Source of the DNA: Verrucomicrobiota bacterium
GTDB lineage: Bacteria; Verrucomicrobiota; Verrucomicrobiia; Limisphaerales; UBA8199
Direction of reading: 5' to 3'
Assembly: GCA_039806935.1 (NCBI GenBank)
Contig: JBDHQH010000001.1
Location: 6,067 to 70,066 of the forward strand
Length of the DNA stretch: 64,000 nucleotides
Below the pieces are notes generated by a model. That model had not been told where the DNA came from. It did no database searches and saw only the letters and a list, made by a program, of their open reading frames with translations. The position numbers and the translations under genes were made by a program. Positions 9,365 through 17,037 of the stretch are shown here, piece after piece. Within the stretch, counting starts at the first letter, position 1. Each line of letters opens with the position of its first letter.

Positions 9365-10612
9365 ATGTTTTCCATGAATACCTCTCTTTCGCACTCTAAA
9401 ACCCGGGCGCGCCGCATCGGCGCTGTGGCGCTGATGGCGTTGCTCGGCGCGCTGGCCGCCCAAGCCCAGTTCCCCGGCGGGCCGGGGGGCTTCTCCGGCT
9501 CCCGCTCCTCCTCCTCCTCAAGAAACACCAGCGGCAGCCGCCAATACCCCAATAATACCACGGTCGGTGACGCGGTGATTTCCATCGACCCCGAGACCCG
9601 CAGCCTCATCGTCATCGCCGACGATGAAACGAGCCAGTACATTTCCCAGGTGGTTTCCAATCTGGACCGGCCGAAGCCGCAGGTGCTGATCAAGGTCGTG
9701 TTCCTCGAGGTGCAGCACACGGACGCCAAGGATATCGGGTTGGAGGGTGGCTGGTCCAAATGGATCGGCAACTCGACCACCGGCGCGGTCGCGCAATCGT
9801 TCGGCATTTCCGGCCTCAACACCGCCGCCTCCAGCAATAATCTCCTCAACGTGTTCGGTCAGCCGATCCAGGGATTCTCCGGCACCCCTTCCGGGGGAGG
9901 CTTGTACCAAATCTTCGGCCGGGATTACCAGGTCACCCTGCGCGCCATCGCCGCCGCCGGAAAGGCCAAGGTGCTCTCGCGTCCGTCGATCGTCGCCCGC
10001 AATAATCAGCCAGCCACCATCACCGTGGGCCAATCGGTGCCGCTGATCACCGCCGTACGTTACGACAACTACGGAAACGCCATCAATTCGGTCACTTACC
10101 AGGACGTGGGCATCATCCTTGAGGTCACCCCCTTCATCACCTCCGAGGGCATGGTCGAGATGATTGTTTCGCCGGAAACCTCCGATCTGGTCGCTGACCG
10201 CAGCCAGTGGGTTCCTATTTCGACCGGCCCCAACGGTTCTGTGAGCGCGCCGCTCATCAATTCCCGATCCGCCGATACAGTGGTGGTCACCCCCAACGCC
10301 CAGACCGTCATCATCGGCGGACTGATGCAGAACTCCAAAGCCAATTCCGAAAGCAAAATTCCCTTTTTAGGAGACATTCCGCTGTTGGGTAATTTGTTTA
10401 AGCGCCGCACTTCGAGTGACCAGAAAACCGAACTGCTCATCTTCCTCACGCCGTACATTATTGAGGCGCCTGAAGAGCTGGCGCATTTGTCCGATCGCGA
10501 GCGGGAAAAATCAGACGCGCCCAAACAATTCGAGGAGCGGGAATTGCGAAAATTTCTGGACGGCCTGCCCATGAAGGAGCCTGAGGCGCCGGAGGGAACG
10601 CCTCCGCGATAG
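9365..10612 (+). CDS. gspD: T2SS secretin, C-terminal half (own signal peptide, N3-like domain, secretin pore domain)
   Basis: Signal peptide RRIGAVALMALLGALAAQAQF. N3-like ISIDPETRSLIVIADDETSQYISQVVSNLDRPKPQVLIKVVFLEV. Secretin-domain motifs VLSRPSIVARNNQPATITVGQSVP, YQDVGIILEVTPFITSEG and IPFLGDIPLLGNLFKRRTSSDQKTELLIFLTPYII. Confidence 0.85.
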   Translation: MFSMNTSLSHSKTRARRIGAVALMALLGALAAQAQFPGGPGGFSGSRSSSSSRNTSGSRQYPNNTTVGDAVISIDPETRSLIVIADDETSQYISQVVSNLDRPKPQVLIKVVFLEVQHTDAKDIGLEGGWSKWIGNSTTGAVAQSFGISGLNTAASSNNLLNVFGQPIQGFSGTPSGGGLYQIFGRDYQVTLRAIAAAGKAKVLSRPSIVARNNQPATITVGQSVPLITAVRYDNYGNAINSVTYQDVGIILEVTPFITSEGMVEMIVSPETSDLVADRSQWVPISTGPNGSVSAPLINSRSADTVVVTPNAQTVIIGGLMQNSKANSESKIPFLGDIPLLGNLFKRRTSSDQKTELLIFLTPYIIEAPEELAHLSDREREKSDAPKQFEERELRKFLDGLPMKEPEAPEGTPPR

Positions 10613-10665
10613 GATGGAGCGCGAAAAGGGCTGAATTCAAGCCATGGATTTGCTATAAACTCACG

Positions 10666-12207
10666 ATGCGATCTCGCCGGCGAAATCTCCTCGTTTACAG
10701 CCTGCTGGCAGGAGTGTGGGCCATTGTGCTGATCTGGCAGGCCGAGGAGCACGGGCGCGTCCGACAGGCGGCCCAGGCAGACCTTGGCAACCGCTCCCGC
10801 GACATCGCGAACACCGTAAGCGCCTGCATCCGCGGAATGAAGTTTCGCGGAGCGGTGTTCCAGGAGCGGTTGGAGTCCGTGCTTGAGGAGCTCGTCAGCA
10901 GCCCCACCAACACATTGCTGCGTTCCAGCGACCTGCTTTCCATCGCGCTGCTGAACGCCTCGGGTGAACCTGTCGCCACTTCCGGGCGGCCGATCGATTT
11001 CGCCCAACGCGAGATCCTGCAAAACGGCGAGCGCTGGGGCCAGCGGGCAGTCACCTTCGTGCATACGGTGGATCTGGGCACGACCGCCACCTCGAGCGGC
11101 GCCTCGAACCCAGTCGTAGTCCTGCCGCCCATGCGCGCTTTCACCAACGGACTCCCCGAGCGCGGGCATGAGGAACCACCCGCGCCGGCAGCTCTGGGAC
11201 ATGATCCCCCGGGGCCCCCGCCCCCGCCGGCGCGCCCGCCGCGGGAGCGCGGCCGCGAAAACGAAAGCCGCACCCGGCGCCCGCCCTGGCTCCGCAACCT
11301 CAGCGACCACGACTTCCAGATGCTGCTCGCCCAACGCCAACTCCACGGATTAGTCCTCTCCCTCTCGACTGATTCGTTCCATGCGGCCATGCGCCGCGAC
11401 CTCTGGCTGCGGGCGATGATCGCGTTGCTCTCCATGGTCTCAGTGGCTGGCGTGGGGCTGGCCTGGCGAAGTCTGACCACCTCGGCGGATTTGCAAATCC
11501 GCCTGGTGCGCGCCAGTGAGCTGAACACACACCTCAAAGAAATGAATCTGGCGGCTGCGGGTCTGGCTCATGAAACGCGCAACCCGCTCAATATCATTCG
11601 CGGCCTGGCGCAGTTGGTGTCGCGCCGCCCGGAGGCTTGCGCCGAAACCCGGGAAAGCGCGCGCCAGATCATCGTGGAAGCCGACAAAGTCACCGCCCAA
11701 CTCACCGAGTTCATCAATTACTCCAAACCGCGCGAGGTGCGCCGCGCGGCGGTCGCCCTGCCGGGGGTCGTTAGCGAGGTCGCCCGAGCGCTGAGCTTCG
11801 ATCTCGAGGAAAAGAACATCCATCTGGAAATCCAAGGCGACCCCGTGCGCGTCGAGGCGGACGAGCAGCTTCTCCGGCAGGCGTTGTTCAACCTGCTCCT
11901 GAACGCGACACAAGTATTGCCCCGGGACGGGACGATCGAAGTCGTCACCCGCCGGTCCGGCCTCGATGAGGCCACGTTGGAGTTGCGCGATAACGGTCCC
12001 GGTGTGGCCCCGGAAGTCCGGCGGGAAATCTTCAAACCTTACTTTACCATGAAGCAACAGGGCACCGGCCTCGGCCTGGCCATTGTACAACAAATTGTCC
12101 AGGCGCACGGCTGGGAGATCGAATGCGCGCCCAACCAGCCCAAAGGAGCGATCTTCCGCATCTCACGTCTGAAACTCCTGACTGGGACCAAAGAGTCACC
12201 GACATAA
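10666..12207 (+). CDS. Membrane sensor histidine kinase (HisKA + HATPase_c)
   Basis: N-terminal TM, a second TM (LWLRAMIALLSMVSVAGVGLAW), H-box LAHETRNPLNIIRGLAQL, and N/G boxes LLNATQV, DNGPGV and GTGLGLAIVQQIVQAHGWEI. Confidence 0.85.
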   Translation: MRSRRRNLLVYSLLAGVWAIVLIWQAEEHGRVRQAAQADLGNRSRDIANTVSACIRGMKFRGAVFQERLESVLEELVSSPTNTLLRSSDLLSIALLNASGEPVATSGRPIDFAQREILQNGERWGQRAVTFVHTVDLGTTATSSGASNPVVVLPPMRAFTNGLPERGHEEPPAPAALGHDPPGPPPPPARPPRERGRENESRTRRPPWLRNLSDHDFQMLLAQRQLHGLVLSLSTDSFHAAMRRDLWLRAMIALLSMVSVAGVGLAWRSLTTSADLQIRLVRASELNTHLKEMNLAAAGLAHETRNPLNIIRGLAQLVSRRPEACAETRESARQIIVEADKVTAQLTEFINYSKPREVRRAAVALPGVVSEVARALSFDLEEKNIHLEIQGDPVRVEADEQLLRQALFNLLLNATQVLPRDGTIEVVTRRSGLDEATLELRDNGPGVAPEVRREIFKPYFTMKQQGTGLGLAIVQQIVQAHGWEIECAPNQPKGAIFRISRLKLLTGTKESPT

Positions 12208-12584
12208 AGCCAGTCCGATCCGCCGGCCAGCGTGGGACGCACGCGCTGGTGGGCGTCGTTGCGCTGAGCGCCGGTCCGCCACCTGCCTCAGACGCGAGGC
12301 CGCGTCGTTTTCGTATTAGGCGCCCGCCAGCAAGCCGCGCGCGGTGGAGCGCAGCGAGCGGTTTGTTTGCCGCAGAAACGATTCGTATCCGTGAGTGAGC
12401 GACAAGGAGAAGGAGGTACATTAACCCCGTATCCTGTGGGGGCAGGCGAAGCCCGAAGCCCGCGTATGGAATAATAATCGAGCGGAAAATTAAGCCCCAC
12501 CCACACCCGTTCGAATACTGACGCCAAAGACTTACCTTTCTTTCCGTTTTTGACGGCGCTCAGGCCGGCGTCTAATCTCGCCGG

Positions 12585-13391
12585 ATGAACAAATCGGAAC
12601 TCGGCGGAAATTTGGAACCATTGGTCCGGAGCGCGGGCAAGGTTTTGATGCGCTATTTCGGCCGGGTGACGGGTTTGCGGCAAAAGGAGGCGTTGAGCAG
12701 CGTGGTCTGCGACGCCGATCTGGCGGCTGAGGAACTGATTTTGAAGCGCCTCGCGGCGGAGTTTCCCGAAGACGGGATTATCGCGGAGGAGAGTGGCGTG
12801 ACGGAGGGGCGGTCGGGGCGGATCTGGATCATCGACCCTTTAGACGGGACCTCGAATTTTGTGGCGGGACTTCCGTGGTTCGGAGTGCAAATTGCCGTTT
12901 TGGCAAAGAATCAGCCATTGGCCGCGGCGATGTACTTGCCGGTCTCAGATACGCTGTATCTGGCGGAGAAAGGCCGGGGCGCATGGCGGGGAAGCCAGCA
13001 GCTCGGGCTGACCACCGAGCGCCAATTAAGAAACATCTTATGCGCCTTTGGCATGGACGGTACCGACACGGGCCGTGGCAGCCGCAGGCAGGCGGAACTG
13101 GTGCGGCGAATTTCGCGGCGGGTGCGAAATCTGCGCGCCACGAACTCGCTGGTGGATTTCTGCTACACCCTGGAGGGGCAGTTTGGCGGGTGCGTAAACT
13201 TGAACACGCGGATTTGGGACATCGCGCCCATCTGCCTCATGCTGCCGGAGAGCGGGGGCAGGATTTCCGATCTGCACGGCGCCAGCCTTTCACTGGATAT
13301 CGGACCCAAAGCGCCGGAGCATCAATACCAGATTCTTGCGGCCAGCCGTCGGCTTCATCCGGCTCTGGTCCGCGCGGCCGCCGGTGAGTGA
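12585..13391 (+). CDS. Inositol monophosphatase family protein (SuhB/CysQ-like)
   Basis: IMPase signature WIIDPLDGTSNFVAGLPWFGVQIA, later WDIAPICLMLPESGG, and 268 aa. Confidence 0.85.
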   Translation: MNKSELGGNLEPLVRSAGKVLMRYFGRVTGLRQKEALSSVVCDADLAAEELILKRLAAEFPEDGIIAEESGVTEGRSGRIWIIDPLDGTSNFVAGLPWFGVQIAVLAKNQPLAAAMYLPVSDTLYLAEKGRGAWRGSQQLGLTTERQLRNILCAFGMDGTDTGRGSRRQAELVRRISRRVRNLRATNSLVDFCYTLEGQFGGCVNLNTRIWDIAPICLMLPESGGRISDLHGASLSLDIGPKAPEHQYQILAASRRLHPALVRAAAGE

Positions 13392-13395
13392 GCGG

Positions 13396-13617
13396 CTAAT
13401 CGCGTCTGCGCCCGAGCAGGAAGCCGATCGCGCAACCGACGAGAGCCACGGTGGCAATGCTCATCCATGCATTTTCGCGCACATAGCGGTCGATGGCCTC
13501 TCTGGTTTCACAGGCGGTTTGCTTCCAATCTTGCGCCCGGTGCTTCAACTCATCGGCGGTTTCGGAGGCGGCGCTGTGCCATTCTTGCGCCTTTTCAGTA
13601 GTCTCTTCTGCGTCCAT
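13396..13617 (-). CDS. DUF883/ElaB/YqjD-like small membrane-anchored protein
   Basis: Start chosen at ATG 13617 inside track ORF 13396..14151. The 73-aa product is a helical charged region followed by the C-terminal anchor NAWMSIATVALVGCAIGFLLGRR, typical of ElaB-family proteins. Confidence 0.6.
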   Translation of the reverse strand: MDAEETTEKAQEWHSAASETADELKHRAQDWKQTACETREAIDRYVRENAWMSIATVALVGCAIGFLLGRRRD

Positions 13618-13836
13618 GGAATGCAAGGTAGTGGACTTTGGGGAAACTGCCAAATGGGTCCCGCACCCCAATTTCACCCATTCCGCATCGGAGCCAGGGC
13701 GGGACACCTGAACAAACGGACTGAGAAACGCGTCAAACTGCGGTGCGGACGCATTTAGATTTGCCAAACCCCAGGAGAGTTTTCCAGGCTTAAGTGCGGT
13801 CATGGGTCTGGCCGGCAAACGTGTGAGAGAAGAGAA

Positions 13837-15561
13837 ATGAGTCGCTGGGCCACATTCTGGATTGGAATCATCGCTGGCGGACTGCTGCTGATCAGCGGTC
13901 TGCTGGTGCCGGCGCATTTGCGCGCGGTGGACCCCCAGGTTTTGAAAATAGCGGGCCGCGGCTCGCCGAGCGTGAGGGAGCTGGCGCTGGCCTTCATCAA
14001 AGAACGGAACCCCGGGGCCGCGCGGCTGTTGCGCAAAGCGTCCGAACGAGAGCAGATTCCCTGGGGCCAAGACGTGGACGATGCGCTGACGGCGGCTGAA
14101 CAGGCAGACCCAATGCTGGCCCGCTCGGGAGCGCCCCCGCCGCTTTTGCATCTCTCCCGTCCGCCCGCAACCGGCGCCGCGCCGGCCATACTGCCAGTCA
14201 CGGACCTGTTCATTCCGGAGGAAAACCGCACCCGAGCCTTGGAATCATTTACGGTCTCACGGGATGTCGATCTGGCCCGCCTGCTGCGCACCCGCGAACT
14301 TACCAATACCGTGTTGTTCGCCCCCTCCCAATCGGGAGCGGGCCAGGCGTTCGATGCGGCATTGTGTGTGGCGGGCTTGCTGCTGCAGGAGCGGCAGCTC
14401 GGGCCAGGGCTAGCCAACGACCTGGCGGGCCTGGCACGGAGCGCGCTTGGCAGTCGGACCAACACACAACGCTTCGAACAGGCTCTCCTCGATCTGATGT
14501 CGCTGGGACAACGGCTCAACTGGGGCCAACTCACCGCGGTGGCGAGCCGGCTCGAGGACGTTGAAACTTTGCGCCTGCTGGCGGGTTACGCGAGGAAATC
14601 CGAGCGCGATCAACCGATTCTTTTCTCCGCCGCACTCCTTTCGGGCCAACCCGCCGCCGTGGTGGGTTATCTCACTGAATACAGCGTCTCGGGGATGAGG
14701 AATTTAGGAGCTGGTCTGCGTTACGGCGCGGGTGGGCTCCGGGAATTGCTCCAGCGCAAGCAGCAACTGGCCGCCGCCCATCTGCGGAGCAGTCCGCTCA
14801 GCGCACGGATCGCTTGGCAGTATCCGCTGCTGATGTTGATTTTCAAATGGCTGTTGTACGGGTTGGCGGGGTTCAGCCTGGCGGCGGCGGCACGGGCGCT
14901 GCTGTCCCGCCCGGCATCGGCTCGACCGCGAGCTGACCTCGTTTATCGGGCGGGGCATGAGCCTCGCGGCCGGGACGTTCCGCCGTCGGAATTCCGCCCG
15001 GGTTTCCCGGTCGCGCGGCAAATCCTTTTTGCGCTTGGCTTTCTGCTGGCTATGCTGCTGGTGACAGAACCGTATTTGTCCCATGAGAGCCAGCGAATGG
15101 AAATGCCCTTTCGGCTGCGCGTGCCGATGACGGCCAGCGCCGCGCAATTCGCAACCACACACGCAACCTCATCACTTATGAATCAATTGAGTCTTCTCAC
15201 GCTGCTGCTGTTTTTTGTGCTGCAGTCGCTGCTTTACACCGCCAGCCTGGTCAAACTGGCCGAGATCCGCCGACAACGCCTGCCGGCGCGGATTAAGGTG
15301 CGGCTGCTCGAGAACGAGGACCACCTGTTTGACGCCGGATTATACCTGGGCTTTGTGGGCACGATCATTTCGTTGATCATGGTTTCGCTGGGGGTGATCA
15401 AGCCCAGCCTGATGGCGGCCTATTCCTCCACCTCGTTCGGGATCATCTTCGTGTCGATCTTCAAGATTTTTCATTTGCGCCCGCTGCGCCGGGAGTTGGT
15501 GCTCGAGGCCGAGCGGGCCGCGGAACCGGCGACTGCCAGCCCCACACCGATCCTCTCATGA
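13837..15561 (+). CDS. Large polytopic membrane protein with a divergent MotA/TolQ/ExbB-like C-terminal channel module
   Basis: 574 aa. An N-terminal TM (WATFWIGIIAGGLLLISGLLV) is followed by roughly 300 aa of unrecognised soluble sequence and then several TMs. The last roughly 110 aa read GLYLGFVGTIISLIMVS...LMAAYSSTSFGIIFVSIFKIF, paralleling ExbB/TolQ GLFGTVWGIM...ALxATAIGLxAAIP. Confidence 0.5.
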   Translation: MSRWATFWIGIIAGGLLLISGLLVPAHLRAVDPQVLKIAGRGSPSVRELALAFIKERNPGAARLLRKASEREQIPWGQDVDDALTAAEQADPMLARSGAPPPLLHLSRPPATGAAPAILPVTDLFIPEENRTRALESFTVSRDVDLARLLRTRELTNTVLFAPSQSGAGQAFDAALCVAGLLLQERQLGPGLANDLAGLARSALGSRTNTQRFEQALLDLMSLGQRLNWGQLTAVASRLEDVETLRLLAGYARKSERDQPILFSAALLSGQPAAVVGYLTEYSVSGMRNLGAGLRYGAGGLRELLQRKQQLAAAHLRSSPLSARIAWQYPLLMLIFKWLLYGLAGFSLAAAARALLSRPASARPRADLVYRAGHEPRGRDVPPSEFRPGFPVARQILFALGFLLAMLLVTEPYLSHESQRMEMPFRLRVPMTASAAQFATTHATSSLMNQLSLLTLLLFFVLQSLLYTASLVKLAEIRRQRLPARIKVRLLENEDHLFDAGLYLGFVGTIISLIMVSLGVIKPSLMAAYSSTSFGIIFVSIFKIFHLRPLRRELVLEAERAAEPATASPTPILS

Positions 15562-16967
15562 ATCGCAGCATTCTGATTGTCATTTGCGATTTTTTGCTGG
15601 TGAGTTTGCTGGCGTTTTCCACGGTGGACATCAACAAGGTTTCCGACGAGAGCACGCCGCGGCAGCCTCAACTGACGATTGCCACCAACGAACCGGCGAG
15701 CGGCAACGACCTGGCCGCGGTGATGCGTCAGGCCTTGAACGAGGAACGCCAGAACCGCGACTTGTTGCTGGGAGAACTGGCGCGGGCGAAGGATGCCGCC
15801 ACCCGCCAGCAAAGCCTGCTGGGAGAACGGGAGCATCAATTGCAAACCTATGAGCAGGAGTTGCGCTCGCGCGAGCAACAAGCCGCCCAACTCCGGCAGC
15901 AGCAAACCAATCTCCAGCAGCAATTCGCCTCGGCCCAGGGCAGCATTCAAAATCTGAGCCAGCAGTTGGAGGCCGCGGCGACCGACGCTTCGGTCTCCAA
16001 GGAGAAACTGGCAACGTTGCAAAAGCAACTATCCGGCCTGGAAGAGAGCAATCGTCTGGCCGTGGCCGAGCAGCAGCGGCTTTTCACGGAGTTGCAAGTG
16101 GCCGAAGTCGAACGCCGTCATGCGGCGGAAACGGCGGCGCGGATGCAGGAGGAGGTAAAGCACGAGCGAGCCGAAAAGCTCAGATTGACACAACAAACCG
16201 AGCAGTTGGCCGAGGGGGTCAAGGCGCTGGCCAGCAAATCCGGCGAATTGGCGACCGAAATCCGCGAAAACCGTCCGCTGGCGCCCAACACGATTTTCGC
16301 GGACTTTCTGACCAACCGCGTCGAAGCGCTGTTCGAAGCTTCCCGGCCCGGCCTGATCGGCGCCACCCGGCGCCGCGAGACGCAAACCGTCCTGGTGGCG
16401 AGCGGCGCGCAAATCTACGCCGTCTATCATGTCCAGGACACGCCTTTCACGCTCACCTCCCCCGGCACCGATTGGCAATCGCTCGCGGGCTTCGTGCGCC
16501 GGGGCGACAACTCGGCGCCCATCAATTCCGTCGCCTTCTCCGCCCGCGACCCCCGTATTCTATTTGTGCCGGTGGCGGCGGCGGACGCCCGGAAATTGGG
16601 CGTGTCGGTTTATAAGACCTCGACCGAGCCGTTCAAGTTTCAAGATGCCGTTCTAGTGGGCGCCGGCGAGGGTTACTATGGGGAGTGCAATTTCCAGTTT
16701 GATCTCAGCACCCCGGATTACGTCAGACTGGATCGCAACTTCGTGAAAGGGCTGTTTGGGAAATTCAACCCGTCGCGCGGCGACCTCGTATTCAGCCGCA
16801 CGGGCGAACTGATGGGCATCATGGCGAACAGCACCTATTGCCTGGTGTTAAAGGGATTCGAGAGCCGGGCAACACTGGGCTTCGGCCAGTTGCAGAATCA
16901 GCATACCGGCGTTCTTTTTTCAGAATTATACCATCAGCTGTTTGCGCTGCCATCCAAGTTGCAATAA
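15558..16967 (+). CDS. Bitopic protein with an ExbD/TolR-type N-terminal TM helix (conserved Asp), a long coiled-coil and a C-terminal trypsin-fold-like domain lacking the Ser nucleophile
   Basis: ATGA overlap with the upstream gene. The N-terminus ILIVICDFLLVSLLAF parallels TolR/ExbD PLLDVLLVLLLIF. Residues about 75-235 are heptad-like and Q/E/L-rich. The C-terminal segments IYAVYHVQD, DPRILFVPV and SRGDLVFSRTGELMGIMAN recall HtrA-type His/Asp/GNSGGPL blocks, but with Leu in place of Ser. Confidence 0.5.
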   Translation: MNRSILIVICDFLLVSLLAFSTVDINKVSDESTPRQPQLTIATNEPASGNDLAAVMRQALNEERQNRDLLLGELARAKDAATRQQSLLGEREHQLQTYEQELRSREQQAAQLRQQQTNLQQQFASAQGSIQNLSQQLEAAATDASVSKEKLATLQKQLSGLEESNRLAVAEQQRLFTELQVAEVERRHAAETAARMQEEVKHERAEKLRLTQQTEQLAEGVKALASKSGELATEIRENRPLAPNTIFADFLTNRVEALFEASRPGLIGATRRRETQTVLVASGAQIYAVYHVQDTPFTLTSPGTDWQSLAGFVRRGDNSAPINSVAFSARDPRILFVPVAAADARKLGVSVYKTSTEPFKFQDAVLVGAGEGYYGECNFQFDLSTPDYVRLDRNFVKGLFGKFNPSRGDLVFSRTGELMGIMANSTYCLVLKGFESRATLGFGQLQNQHTGVLFSELYHQLFALPSKLQ

Positions 16968-17037
16968 CCCAGGAGGCCGCGAGGCCCCCGGGAGCGGAGC
17001 GGACTTTTCCGAAGCCATTCATCAACCATCATCCAGC

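Noticed and set aside
9340-9370. The split secretin as a simple sequencing frameshift.
   Set aside because: This is not fully excluded. However, the junction is an in-frame TAA followed by a 12-nt spacer and an ATG that opens a well-formed signal peptide, rather than a frame change within continuous homology. It is kept as a finding with read-level verification requested.
8051-9463. Very long antisense or alternative-frame ORFs. Examples are 8051-9463 minus (470 aa), 10096-11346 minus (416 aa), 17921-18979 minus (352 aa), 31774-33051 plus (425 aa), 45284-46900 plus (538 aa), 48905-49999 minus (364 aa) and 56230-57603 minus (457 aa).
   Set aside because: All lie opposite or out of frame to genes with strong family motifs. 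Their translations are Arg/Gly/Pro/Ala/His-rich low-complexity strings without recognisable domains. Such shadow ORFs are expected in GC-rich DNA because stop codons are rare.
12509-12516. T-loop-like GTTCGAAT in the 12.2-12.6 kb spacer, suggesting a tRNA or tmRNA fragment.
   Set aside because: The flanking bases do not form a T-stem (no 5-bp complement on either side). No acceptor or anticodon arm could be built on either strand.
13396-14151. Long forms of three minus-strand ORFs: 13396-14151 (251 aa), 36942-37328 (128 aa) and 43833-44822 (329 aa).
   Set aside because: Only the C-terminal parts look like real proteins (DUF883-like, DUF2892-like and the TM-anchored protein). The N-terminal extensions are Arg/Pro-rich and either overlap upstream genes or run into divergent promoter regions. 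Internal ATGs at 13617, 37172 and 44486 give compact, non-overlapping genes.
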